Assembly: GCA_977017575.1 (NCBI GenBank)
Contig: CDRNVI010000008.1
Location: 232,140 to 296,139 of the forward strand
DNA length: 64,000 nucleotides
Direction of reading: 5' to 3'
Source of the DNA: Paramoeba atlantica
Lineage: Eukaryota > Protista > Discosea
Below are positions 19,812-34,800 of this stretch, in pieces. The stretch's first letter is position 1. Each line of letters opens with the position of its first letter. Made by a program: the position numbers and the translations under genes. The notes below the pieces were generated by a model. That model was not told where the DNA came from. It made no database searches and was given only the letters and a program-made list of their open reading frames with translations.

Positions 19812-22800
19812 TTAATACAAAAAGTGATCTTAATACAAAAAGTGATCTTAATACAAAAAGTGATCTTAATACAAAAGGTGATCTTAATACAAAAAGTGAT
19901 CTTAATACAAAAAGTGATCTTAATACAAAAAGTGATCTTAATACAAAAAGTGATCTTAATACAAAAAGTGATCTTAATACAAAAAGTGATCTTAATACAA
20001 AAAGTGATCTTAATACAAAAAGTGATCTTAATACAAAAAGTGATCTTAATACAAAAAGTGATCTTAATACAAAAAGTGATCTTAATACAAAAAGTGATCT
20101 TAATACAAAAAGTCATCTTAATACAAAAAGTGATCTTAATACCAAAAGTGATCTTAATACAAAAAGTGATCTTAATACAAAAAGTGATCTTAATACAAAA
20201 AGTGATCTTAATACAAAAAGTGATCTTAATACAAAAAGTGATCTTAATACAAAAAGTGGTCTTAATACAAAAAGTGATCTTAATACAAAAAGTGATCTTA
20301 ATACAAAAGGTGATCTTAATACAAAAAGTGATCTTAATACAAAAAGTGATCTTAATACAAAAAGTGATCTTAATACAAAAAGTGATCTTAATACAAAAAG
20401 TGATCTTAATACAAAAAGTGATCTTAATACAAAAAGTGATCTTAATACAAAAAGTGATCTTAATACCAAAAGTGATCTTAATACAAAAAGTGATCTTAAT
20501 ACAAAAAGTGATCTTAATACAAAAAGTGATCTTAATACAAAAAGTGATCTTAATACAAAAAGTGATCTTAATACAAAAAGTGATCTTAATACCAAAAGTG
20601 ATCTTAATACAAAAAGTGATCTTAATACAAAAAGTGATCTTAATACAAAAAGTGATCTTAATACAAAAAGTGATCTTAATACAAAAAGTGATCTTAATAC
20701 AAAAAGTGATCTTAATACAAAAAGTGATCTTAATACAAAAAGTGATCTTAATACAAAAAGTGATCTTAATACAAAAAGTGATCTTAATACAAAAAGTGAT
20801 CTTAATACAAAAAGTGATCTTAATACCAAAAGAGATCTTAATACAAAAAGTGATCTTAATACAAAAAGTGATCTTAATACAAAAAGTGATCTTAATACAA
20901 AAAGTGATCTTAATACAAAAAGTGATCTTAATACAAAAAGTGATCTTAATACAAAAAGTGATCTTAATACAAAAAGTGATCTTAATACAAAAAATGATCT
21001 TAATACAAAAAGTGATCTTAATACAAAAAGTGATCTTAATACAAAAAGTGATCTTAATACAAAAAGTGGTCTTAATACAAAAAGTGATCTTAATACAAAA
21101 AGTGATCTTAATACAAAAAGTGATCTTAATACAAAAAGTGATCTTAATACAAAAAGTGATCTTAATACAAAAAGTGATCTTAATACAAAAAGTGATCTTA
21201 ATACAAAAAGTGATCTTAATACAAAAAGTGATCTTAATACAAAAAGTGATCTTAATACAAAAAGTGATCTTAATACAAAAAGTGATCTTAATACAAAAAG
21301 TGATCTTAATACAAAAAGTGATCTTAATACCAAAAGTGATCTTAATACAAAAAGTGATCTTAATACAAAAAGTGATCTTAATACAAAAAGTGATCTTAAT
21401 ACAAAAAGTGTTCTTAATACTAAAAGTGATCTTAATACAAAAAGTGATCTTAATACAAAAAGTGATCTTAATACAAAAAGTGATCTTAATACAAAAAGTG
21501 ATCTTAATACAAAAAGTGATCTTAATACAAAAAGTGATCTTAATACAAAAAGTGATCTTAATACAAAAAGTGATCTTAATACAAAGGGTGATCTTAATAC
21601 AAAAAGTGATCTTAATACAAAAAGTGATCTTAATACAAAAAGTGATCTTAATACCAAAAGTGATCTTAATACAAAAAGTGATCTTAATACAAAAAGTGAT
21701 CTTAATACAAAAAGTGATCTTAATACAAAAAGTGATCTTAATACAAAAAGTGATCTTAATACAAAAAGTGATCTTAATACAAAAAGTGGTCTTAATACAA
21801 AAAGTGATCTTAATACAAAAAGTGATCTTAATACAAAAAGTCATCTTAATACAAAAAGTGATCTTAATACAAAAAGTGATCTTAATACAAAAAGTGATCT
21901 TAATACAAAAAGTGATCTTAATACAAAAAGTCATCTTAATACAAAAAGTGATCTTAATACCAAAAGTGATCTTAATACAAAAAGTGATCTTAATACAAAA
22001 AGTGATCTTAATACAAAAAGTGATCTTAATACAAAAAGTGATCTTAATACAAAAAGTGATCTTAATACAAAAAGTGATCTTAATACAAAAAGTGATCTTA
22101 ATACAAAAAATGATCTTAATACAAAAAGTGATCTTAATACAAAAAGTGATCTTAATACAAAAAGTGATCTTAATACAAAAAGTGGTCTTAATACAAAAAG
22201 TGATCTTAATACAAAAAGTGATCTTAATACAAAAAGTGATCTTAATACAAAAAGTGATCTTAATACAAAAAGTGATCTTAATACAAAAAGTGATCTTAAT
22301 ACAAAAAGTGATCTTAATACAAAAAGTGATCTTAATACAAAAAGTGATCTTAATACAAAAAGTGATCTTAATACAAAAAGTGATCTTAATACAAAAAGTG
22401 ATCTTAATACAAAAAGTGATCTTAATACAAAAAGTGATCTTAATACAAAAAGTGATCTTAATACCAAAAGTGATCTTAATACAAAAAGTGATCTTAATAC
22501 AAAAAGTGATCTTAATACAAAAAGTGTTCTTAATACTAAAAGTGATCTTAATACAAAAAGTGATCTTAATACAAAAAGTGATCTTAATACAAAAAGTGAT
22601 CTTAATACAAAAAGTGATCTTAATACAAAAAGTGATCTTAATACAAAAAGTGATCTTAATACAAAAAGTGATCTTAATACAAAAAGTGATCTTAATACAA
22701 AGGGTGATCTTAATACAAAAAGTGATCTTAATACAAAAAGTGATCTTAATACAAAAAGTGATCTTAATACCAAAAGTGATCTTAATACAAAAAGTGATCT

Positions 22801-25800
22801 TAATACAAAAAGTGATCTTAATACAAAAAGTGATCTTAATACAAAAAGTGATCTTAATACAAAAAGTGATCTTAATACAAAAAGTGATCTTAATACAAAA
22901 AGTGGTCTTAATACAAAAAGTGATCTTAATACAAAAAGTGATCTTAATACAAAAAGTCATCTTAATACAAAAAGTGATCTTAATACAAAAAGTGATCTTA
23001 ATACAAAAAGTGATCTTAATACAAAAAGTGATCTTAATACAAAAAGTGATCTTAATACAAAAAGTCATCTTAATACAAAAAGTGATCTTAATACAAAAAG
23101 TGATCTTAATACAAAAAGTGATCTTAATACAAAAAGTGATCTTAATACAAAAAGTGATCTTAATACAAAAAGTGATCTTAATACCAAAAGTGATCTTAAT
23201 ACAAAAAGTGATCTTAATACAAAAAGTGATCTTAATACAAAAAGTGATCTTAATACAAAAAGTGATCTTAATACAAAAAGTGATCTTAATACAAAAAGTG
23301 ATCTTAATACCAAAAGTGATCTTAATACAAAAAGTGATCTTAATACAAAAAGTGATCTTAATACAAAAAGTGATCTTAATACAAAAAGTGATCTTAATAC
23401 AAAAAGTGATCTTAATACAAAAAGTGATCTTAATACAAAAAGTGATCTTAATACAAAAAGTGATCTTAATACAAAAAGTGATCTTAATACAAAAAGTGAT
23501 CTTAATACAAAAAGTGATCTTAATACCAAAAGAGATCTTAATACAAAAAGTGATCTTAATACAAAAAGTGATCTTAATACAAAAAGTGATCTTAATACAA
23601 AAAGTGATCTTAATACAAAAAGTGATCTTAATACAAAAAGTGATCTTAATACAAAAAGTGATCTTAATACAAAAAGTGATCTTAATACAAAAAGTGATCT
23701 TAATACAAAAAGTGATCTTAATACAAAAAGTGATCTTAATACAAAAAGTGATCTTAATACAAAAAGTGGTCTTAATACAAAAAGTGATCTTAATACAAAA
23801 AGTGATCTTAATACAAAAAGTGATCTTAATACAAAAAGTGATCTTAATACAAAAAGTGATCTTAATACAAAAAGTGATCTTAATACAAAAAGTGATCTTA
23901 ATACAAAAAGTGATCTTAATACAAAAAGTGATCTTAATACAAAAAGTGATCTTAATACAAAAAGTGATCTTAATACAAAAAGTGATCTTAATACAAAAAG
24001 TGATCTTAATACAAAAAGTGATCTTAATACAAAAAGTGATCTTAATACAAAAAGTGATCTTAATACCAAAAGTGATCTTAATACAAAAAGTGATCTTAAT
24101 ACAAAAAGTGATCTTAATACAAAAAGTGATCTTAATACAAAAAGTGTTCTTAATACTAAAAGTGATCTTAATACAAAAAGTGATCTTAATACAAAAAGTG
24201 ATCTTAATACAAAAAGTGATCTTAATACAAAAAGTGATCTTAATACAAAAAGTGATCTTAATACAAAAAGTGATCTTAATACAAAAAGTGATCTTAATAC
24301 AAAAAGTGATCTTAATACAAAAAGTGATCTTAATACAAAAAGTGATCTTAATACAAAAAGTGATCTTAATACAAAAAGTGATCTTAATACAAAAAGTGAT
24401 CTTAATACCAAAAGTGATCTTAATACCAAAAGTGATCTTAATACAAAAAGTGATCTTAATACAAAAAGTGATCTTAATACAAAAAGTGATCTTAATACAA
24501 AAAGTGATCTTAATACAAAAAGTGATCTTAATACAAAAAGTGATCTTAATACAAAAAGTGATCTTAATACAAAAAGTGATCTTAATACAAAAAGTGATCT
24601 TAATACAAAAAGTGATCTTAATACAAAAAGTGATCTTAATACAAAAAGTGATCTTAATACCAAAAGTGATCTTAATACAAAAAGTGATCTTAATACAAAA
24701 AGTGATCTTAATACAAAAAGTGATCTTATTCCAAAAGGTGATCTTAATACAAAAAGTGATCTCAATACAAAAAGTGATCTTAATACAAAAAGTGATCTTA
24801 ATACAAAAAGTGATCTTAATACAAAAAGTGGTCTTAATACAAAAAGTGATCTTAATACAAAAAGTGATCTTAATACAAAAAGTCATCTTAATACAAAAAG
24901 TGATCTTAATACAAAAAGTGATCTTAATACAAAAAGTGATCTTAATACAAAAAGTGATCTTAATACAAAAAGTGATCTTAATACAAAAAGTCATCTTAAT
25001 ACAAAAAGTGATCTTAATACCAAAAGTGATCTTAATACAAAAAGTGATCTTAATACAAAAAGTGATCTTAATACAAAAAGTGATCTTAATACAAAAAGTG
25101 ATCTTAATACAAAAAGTGATCTTAATACCAAAAGTGATCTTAATACAAAAAGTGATCTTAATACAAAAAGTGATCTTAATACAAAAAGTGATCTTAATAC
25201 AAAAAGTGATCTTAATACAAAAAGTGATCTTAATACAAAAAGTGATCTTAATACAAAAAGTGATCTTAATACAAAAAGTGATCTTAATACAAAAAGTGAT
25301 CTTAATACAAAAAGTGATCTTAATACAAAAAGTGATCTTAATACAAAAAGTGATCTTAATACAAAAAGTGATCTTAATACAAAAAGTGATCTTAATACAA
25401 AAAGTGATCTTAATACCAAAAGTGATCTTAATACAAAAAGTGATCTTAATACAAAAAGTGATCTTAATACAAAAAGTGATCTTAATACAAAAAGTGTTCT
25501 TAATACTAAAAGTGATCTTAATACAAAAAGTGATCTTAATACAAAAAGTGATCTTAATACAAAAAGTGATCTTAATACAAAAAGTGATCTTAATACAAAA
25601 AGTGATCTTAATACAAAAAGTGATCTTAATACAAAAAGTGATCTTAATACAAAAAGTGATCTTAATACAAAAAGTGATCTTAATACAAAAAGTGATCTTA
25701 ATACAAAAAGTGATCTTAATACAAAAAGTGATCTTAATACAAAAAGTGATCTTAATACCAAAAGTGATCTTAATACCAAAAGTGATCTTAATACAAAAAG

Positions 25801-28800
25801 TGATCTTAATACAAAAAGTGATCTTAATACAAAAAGTGATCTTAATACAAAAAGTGATCTTAATACAAAAAGTGATCTTAATACAAAAAGTGATCTTAAT
25901 ACAAAAAGTGATCTTAATACAAAAAGTGATCTTAATACAAAAAGTGATCTTAATACAAAAAGTGATCTTAATACAAAAAGTGATCTTAATACAAAAAGTG
26001 ATCTTAATACCAAAAGTGATCTTAATACAAAAAGTGATCTTAATACAAAAAGTGATCTTAATACAAAAAGTGATCTTAATACAAAAAGTGATCTTAATAC
26101 AAAAAGTGATCTTAATACAAAAAGTGATCTTAATACAAAAAGTGATCTTAATACAAAAAGTGATCTTAATACAAAAAGTGGTCTTAATACAAAAAGTGAT
26201 CTTAATACAAAAAGTGATCTTAATACAAAAAGTCATCTTAATACAAAAAGTGATCTTAATACAAAAAGTGATCTTAATACAAAAAGTGATCTTAATACAA
26301 AAAGTGATCTTAATACAAAAAGTGATCTTAATACAAAAAGTCATCTTAATACAAAAAGTGATCTTAATACCAAAAGTGATCTTAATACAAAAAGTGATCT
26401 TAATACAAAAAGTGATCTTAATACAAAAAGTGATCTTAATACAAAAAGTGATCTTAATACAAAAAGTGATCTTAATACCAAAAGTGATCTTAATACAAAA
26501 AGTGATCTTAATACAAAAAGTGATCTTAATACAAAAAGTGATCTTAATACAAAAAGTGATCTTAATACAAAAAGTGATCTTAATACAAAAAGTGATCTTA
26601 ATACAAAAAGTGATCTTAATACAAAAAGTGATCTTAATACAAAAAGTCATCTTAATACAAAAAGTGATCTTAATACCAAAAGTGATCTTAATACAAAAAG
26701 TGATCTTAATACAAAAAGTGATCTTAATACAAAAAGTGATCTTAATACAAAAAGTGATCTTAATACAAAAAGTGGTCTTAATACAAAAAGTGATCTTAAT
26801 ACAAAAAGTGATCTTAATACAAAAGGTGATCTTAATACAAAAAGTGATCTTAATACAAAAAGTGATCTTAATACAAAACGTGATCTTAATACAAAAAGTG
26901 ATCTTAATACAAAAAGTGATCTTAATACAAAAAGTGATCTTAATACAAAAAGTGATCTTAATACAAAAAGTGATCTTAATACCAAAAGTGATCTTAATAC
27001 AAAAAGTGATCTTAATACAAAAAGTGATCTTAATACAAAAAGTGATCTTAATACAAAAAGTGATCTTAATACAAAAAGTGATCTTAATACAAAAAGTGAT
27101 CTTAATACAAAAAGTGATCTTAATACAAAAAGTGATCTTAATACAAAAAGTGATCTTAATACAAAAAGTGATCTTAATACAAAAAGTGATCTTAATACAA
27201 AAAGTGATCTTAATACAAAAAGTGATCTTAATACAAAAAGTGATCTTAATACAAAAAGTGATCTTAATACAAAAAGTGATCTTAATACAAAAAGTGATCT
27301 TAATACCAAAAGAGATCTTAATACAAAAAGTGATCTTAATACAAAAAGTGATCTTAATACAAAAAGTGATCTTAATACAAAAAGTGATCTTAATACAAAA
27401 AGTGATCTTAATACAAAAAGTGATCTTAATACAAAAAGTGATCTTAATACAAAAAGTGATCTTAATACAAAAAGTGATCTTAATACAAAAAGTGATCTTA
27501 ATACAAAAAGTGGTCTTAATACAAAAAGTGATCTTAATACAAAAAGTGATCTTAATACAAAAAGTGATCTTAATACAAAAAGTGATCTTAATACAAAAAG
27601 TGATCTTAATACAAAAAGTGATCTTAATACAAAAAGTGATCTTAATACAAAAAGTGATCTTAATACAAAAAGTGATCTTAATACAAAAAGTGATCTCAAT
27701 ACAAAAAGTGATCTTAATACAAAAAGTGATCTTAATACAAAAAGTGATCTTAATACAAAAAGTGATCTTAATACAAAAAGTGATCTTAATACAAAAAGTG
27801 ATCTTAATACAAAAAGTGATCTTAATACAAAAAGTGATCTTAATACAAAAAGTGATCTTAATACAAAAAGTGATCTTAATACAAAAAGTGATCTTAATGC
27901 AAAAAGTGATCTTAATACAAAAAGTGATCTTAATACAAAAAGTGATCTTAATACAAAAAGTGATCTTAATACAAAAAGTGATCTTAATACAAAAAGTGAT
28001 CTTAATACAAAAAGTGATCTTAATACAAAAAGTGATCTTAATACAAAAAGTGATCTTAGTACCAAAAGTGATCTTAATCGAAAACGTGATCTGAATACAA
28101 AAAGTGATCTTAATACAAAAAGGTGATCTTAATACAAAAAGTGATCTTAATACAAAAAGTGATCTTAATACAAAAAGTGGTCTTAATACAAAAAGTGATC
28201 TTAATACAAAAAGTGATCTTAATACAAAAAGTGATCTTAATACAAAAGGTGATCTTAATACAAAAAGTGATCTTAATACAAAAAGTGAGCTTAATACAAA
28301 AGGTGATCTTAATACAAAAAGTGATCTTAATACAAAAAGTGATCTTAATACAAAAAGTGATCTTAATACAAAAAGTGATCTTATTCCAAAAGGTGATCTT
28401 AATACAAAAAGTGATCTTAATACAAAAAGTGATCTTAATACAAAAAGTGATCTTAATACAAAAAGTGATCTTAATACAAAAAGTGATCTTAATACAAAAA
28501 GTGATCTTAATACAAAAAGTGATCTTAATACAAAACGTGATCTTAATACAAAAAGTGATCTTAATACAAAAAGTGATCTTAATACAAAAGGTGATCTTAA
28601 TACAAAAAGTGATCTTAATACAAAAAGTGATCTTAATACGAAAAGTGATCTTAATACAAAAAGTGATCTTAATACAAAAAGTGATCTTAATACAAAACGT
28701 GATCTTATTACAAAAGGTGATCTTAATGCAAAAAGTGATCTTAATACAAAAAGTGATCTTAATACAAAAAGTGATCTTAATACAAAAAGTGATCTTAATA

Positions 28801-31800
28801 CAAAAAGTGATCTTAATACAAAAAGTGATCTTAATACAAAAAGTCATCTTAATACAAAAAGTGATCTTAATACAAAAAGTGATCTTAATACAAAAAGTGA
28901 TCTTAATACAAAAAGTGATCTTAATACAAAAAGTGATCTTAATACAAAAAGTGATCTTAATACAAAACGTGATCTTAATACAAAAAGTGATCTTAATACA
29001 AAAAGTGATCTTAATACAAAAAGTGATCTTAATACAAAAGGTGATCTTAATACAAAAGGTGATCTTAATACAAAAAGTGATCTTAATACAAAAAGTGATC
29101 TTAATACAAAAAGTGATCTTAATACAAAAGGTGATCTTAATACAAAAGTGATCTTAATACAAAAAGTGATCTGAATACAAAAAGTGATCTTAATACAAAA
29201 CGTGATCTTAATACAAAAAGTGATCTTAATACAAAAAGTGATCTTAATACAAAAAGTGATCTTAATACAAAAAGTGATCTTAATACAAAAAGTGATCTTA
29301 ATACAAAAAGTGATCTTAATACAAAATGTGATCTTAATACAAAAAGTGATCTTAATACAAAAAGTGATCTTAATACAAAAAGTGATCTTAATACAAAACG
29401 TGATCTTAATACAAAAAGTGATCTTAATACAAAAGGTGATCTTAATACAAAAAGTGATCTTAATACAAAAGGTGATCTTAATACAAAAGGTGATCTTAAT
29501 ACAAAAAGTGAACTTAATACAAAAAGTGATCTTAATACAAAAAGTGATCTTAATACAAAAAGTGATCTTAATACAAAAAGTGATCTTAATACAAAAAGTG
29601 ATCTTAATACAAAAAGTGATCTTAATACAAAAAGTGATCTTAATACAAAAAGTGATCTTAATACAAAAAGTGATCTTAATACAAAAAGTGATCTTAATAC
29701 AAAAAGTGATCTTAATACAAAACGTGATCTTAATACAAAAAGTGATCTTAATACAAAAAGTGATCTTAATACAAAAAGTGGTCTTAATACAAAAAGTGAT
29801 CTTAATACAAAAAGTGATCTTAATACAAAAAGTGATCTTAATACAAAAAGTGATCTTAATACAAAAAGTGATCTTAATACAAAAAGTGATCTTAATACAA
29901 AAAGTGATCTTAATACAAAAAGTGATCTTAATACAAAACGTGATCTTAATACAAAAAGTGATCTTAATACAAAAGGTGATCTTAATACAAAAAGTGATCT
30001 TAATACAAAAAGTGATCTTAATACAAAAAGTGATCTTAATACAAAAAGTGATCTTAATACAAAAAGTGATCTTAATACAAAAAGTGATCTTAATACAAAA
30101 GGTGATCTTAATACAAAAAGTGATCTTAATGCAAAAAGTGATCTTAATACAAAAAGTGATCATAATACCAAAAGTGATCTTAATACCAAAAGTGATCTTA
30201 ATACAAAAAGTGATCTTAATACAAAAAGTGATCTTAATACAAAAAGTGATCTTAATACAAAAAGTGATCTTAATACAAAAAGTGATCTTAATACAAAAAG
30301 TGATCTTAATACAAAAAGTGATCTTAATACAAAAAGTGATCTTAATACAAAAAGTGATCTTAATACAAAATGTGATCTTAATACAAAAAGTGATCTTAAT
30401 ACAAAAAGTGATCTTAATACAAAAAGTGATCTTAATACAAAAAGTGATCTTAATACAAAAAGTGATCTTAATACAAAAAGTGATCTTAATACAAAAAGTG
30501 ATCTTAATACAAAAAGTGATCTTAATACAAAAAGTGATCTTAATACAAAAAGTGATCTTAATACAAAAAGTGATCTTAATACAAAAAGTGATCTTAATAC
30601 AAAAAGTGATCTTAATACAAAAAGTGATCTTAATACAAAAAGTGATCTTAATACCAAAAGTGATCTTAATACAAAAAGTGATCTTAATACAAAAAGTGAT
30701 CTTAATACAAAAAGTGATCTTAATACAAAAAGTGATCTTAATACAAAAAGTGATCTTAATACAAAAAGTGGTCTTAATACAAAAAGTGATCTTAATACAA
30801 AAAGTGATCTTAATACAAAAAGTGATCTTAATACAAAAAGTGGTCTTAATACAAAACGTGATCTTAATACAAAAAGTGATCTTAATACAAAAAGTGATCT
30901 CAATACAAAAAGTGATCTTAATACAAAAAGTGATCTTAATACAAAAAGTGTTCTTAATACAAAAAGTGATCTTAATACAAAAAGTGATCTTAATACAAAA
31001 AGTGATCTTAATACCAAAAGTGATCTTAATACAAAAAGTGATCTTAATACAAAAAGTGATCTTAATACAAAAAGTGTTCTTAATACAAAAAGTGATCTTA
31101 ATACAAAAAGTGATCTTAATACAAAAAGTGATCTTAATACAAAAAGTGATCTTAATACAAAAAGTGATCTTAATACAAAAAGTGATCTTAATACAAAAAG
31201 TGATCTTAATACCAAAAGTGATCTTAATACAAAAAGTGATCTTAATACAAAAAGTGATCTTAATACAAAAAGTGTTCTTAATGCAAAAAGTGATCTTAAT
31301 ACAAAAAGTGATCTTAATACAAAAAGTGTTCTTAATACAAAAAGTGATCTTAATACAAAAAGTGATCTTAATACAAAAAGTGATCTTAATACAAAAAGTG
31401 ATCTTAATACAAAAAGTGATCTTAATACAAAAAGTGATCTTAATACAAAAAGTGATCTTAATACAAAAAGTGATCTTAATACAAAAAGTGATCTTAATAC
31501 AAAAAGTGATCTTAATACAAAAAGTGATCTTAATACAAAAAGTGATCTTAATACAAAAAGTGATCTTAATACAAAAAGTGATCTTAATACAAAAAGTGAT
31601 CTTAATACAAAAAGTGATCTTAATACAAAAAGTGATCTTAATACAAAATGTGATCTTAATACAAAAAGTGATCTTAATACAAAAAGTGATCTTAATACAA
31701 AAAGTGATCTTAATACAAAACGTGATCTTAATACAAAAAGTGATCTTAATACAAAAGGTGATCTTAATACAAAAAGTGATCTTAATACAAAAGGTGATCT

Positions 31801-34800
31801 TAATACAAAAGGTGATCTTAATACAAAAAGTGATCTTAATACAAAAAGTGATCTTAATACAAAAAGTGATCTTAATACAAAAAGTGATCTTAATACAAAA
31901 AGTGATCTTAATACAAAAAGTGATCTTAATACAAAAAGTGATCTTAATACAAAAAGTGATCTTAATACAAAAAGTGATCTTAATACAAAAAGTGATCTTA
32001 ATACAAAACGTGATCTTAATACAAAAAGTGATCTTAATACAAAAAGTGATCTTAATACAAAAAGTGGTCTTAATACAAAAAGTGATCTTAATACAAAAAG
32101 TGATCTTAATACAAAAAGTGATCTTAATACAAAAAGTGATCTTAATACAAAATGTGATCTTAATACAAAAAGTGATCTTAATACAAAAAGTGATCTTAAT
32201 ACAAAAAGTGATCTTAATACAAAACGTGATCTTAATACAAAAAGTGATCTTAATACAAAAGGTGATCTTAATACAAAAAGTGATCTTAATACAAAAAGTG
32301 ATCTTAATACAAAATGTGATCTTAATACAAAAAGTGATCTTAATACAAAAAGTGATCTTAATACAAAAAGTGATCTTAATACAAAACGTGATCTTAATAC
32401 AAAAAGTGATCTTAATACAAAAGGTGATCTTAATACAAAAAGTGATCTTAATACAAAAGGTGATCTTAATACAAAAGGTGATCTTAATACAAAAAGTGAT
32501 CTTAATACAAAAAGTGATCTTAATACAAAAAGTGATCTTAATACAAAAAGTGATCTTAATACAAAAAGTGATCTTAATACAAAAAGTGATCTTAATACAA
32601 AAAGTGATCTTAATACAAAAAGTGATCTTAATACAAAAAGTGATCTTAATACAAAAAGTGATCTTAATACAAAAAGTGTTCTTAATGCAAAAAGTGATCT
32701 TAATACAAAAAGTGATCTTAATACAAAAAGTGTTCTTAATACAAAAAGTGATCTTAATACAAAAAGTGATCTTAATACAAAAAGTGATCTTAATACAAAA
32801 AGTGATCTTAATACAAAAAGTGATCTTAATACAAAAAGTGATCTTAATACAAAAAGTGATCTTAATACAAAAAGTGATCTTAATACAAAAAGTGATCTTA
32901 ATACAAAAAGTGATCTTAATACAAAAAGTGATCTTAATACAAAAAGTGATCTTAATACAAAAAGTGATCTTAATACAAAAAGTGATCTTAATACAAAAAG
33001 TGATCTTAATACAAAAAGTGATCTTAATACAAAAAGTGATCTTAATACAAAATGTGATCTTAATACAAAAAGTGATCTTAATACAAAAAGTGATCTTAAT
33101 ACAAAAAGTGATCTTAATACAAAACGTGATCTTAATACAAAAAGTGATCTTAATACAAAAGGTGATCTTAATACAAAAAGTGATCTTAATACAAAAGGTG
33201 ATCTTAATACAAAAGGTGATCTTAATACAAAAAGTGATCTTAATACAAAAAGTGATCTTAATACAAAAAGTGATCTTAATACAAAAAGTGATCTTAATAC
33301 AAAAAGTGATCTTAATACAAAAAGTGATCTTAATACAAAAAGTGATCTTAATACAAAAAGTGATCTTAATACAAAAAGTGATCTTAATACAAAAAGTGAT
33401 CTTAATACAAAACGTGATCTTAATACAAAAAGTGATCTTAATACAAAAAGTGATCTTAATACAAAAAGTGGTCTTAATACAAAAAGTGATCTTAATACAA
33501 AAAGTGATCTTAATACAAAAAGTGATCTTAATACAAAAAGTGATCTTAATACAAAATGTGATCTTAATACAAAAAGTGATCTTAATACAAAAAGTGATCT
33601 TAATACAAAAAGTGATCTTAATACAAAAAGTGATCTTAATACAAAAAGTGATCTTAATACAAAAAGTGATCTTAATACAAAAAGTGATCTTAATACAAAA
33701 AGTGATCTTAATACAAAATGTGATCTTAATACAAAAAGTGATCTTAATACAAAAAGTGATCTTAATACAAAAAGTGATCTTAATACAAAACGTGATCTTA
33801 ATACAAAAAGTGATCTTAATACAAAAGGTGATCTTAATACAAAAAGTGATCTTAATACAAAAGGTGATCTTAATACAAAAGGTGATCTTAATACAAAAAG
33901 TGATCTTAATACAAAAAGTGATCTTAATACAAAAAGTGATCTTAATACAAAAAGTGATCTTAATACAAAAAGTGATCTTAATACAAAAAGTGATCTTAAT
34001 ACAAAAAGTGATCTTAATACAAAAAGTGATCTTAATACAAAAAGTGATCTTAATACAAAAAGTGATCTTAATACAAAACGTGATCTTAATACAAAAAGTG
34101 ATCTTAATACAAAAAGTGATCTTAATACAAAAAGTGGTCTTAATACAAAAAGTGATCTTAATACAAAAAGTGATCTTAATACAAAAAGTGATCTTAATAC
34201 AAAAAGTGATCTTAATACAAAATGTGATCTTAATACAAAAAGTGATCTTAATACAAAAAGTGATCTTAATACAAAAAGTGATCTTAATACAAAACGTGAT
34301 CTTAATACAAAAAGTGATCTTAATACAAAAGGTGATCTTAATACAAAAAGTGATCTTAATACAAAAAGTGATCTTAATACAAAAAGTGATCTTAATACAA
34401 AAAGTGATCTTAATACAAAAAGTGATCTTAATACAAAAAGTGATCTTAATACAAAAGGTGATCTTAATACAAAAAGTGATCTTAATGCAAAAAGTGATCT
34501 TAATACAAAAAGTGATCATAATACCAAAAGTGATCTTAATACCAAAAGTGATCTTAATACAAAAAGTGATCTTAATACAAAAAGTGATCTTAATACAAAA
34601 AGTGATCTTAATACAAAAAGTGATCTTAATACAAAAAGTGATCTTAATACAAAAGTGATCTTAATACAAAAAGTGATCTTAATACAAAAAGTGATCTTAA
34701 TACAAAAAGTGATCTTAATACAAAATGTGATCTTAATACAAAAAGTGATCTTAATACAAAAAGTGATCTTAATACAAAAAGTGATCTTAATACAAAAAGT

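Noticed and set aside
19797-19830. The 18-mer as a tandem spliced-leader relic (CACTTTTTGTATTA vs CAGTTTCTGTACTA)
   Set aside because: Only about 11/14 identity in AT-rich sequence, and a much better SL match exists at 54514-54546, so the host SL is probably different.
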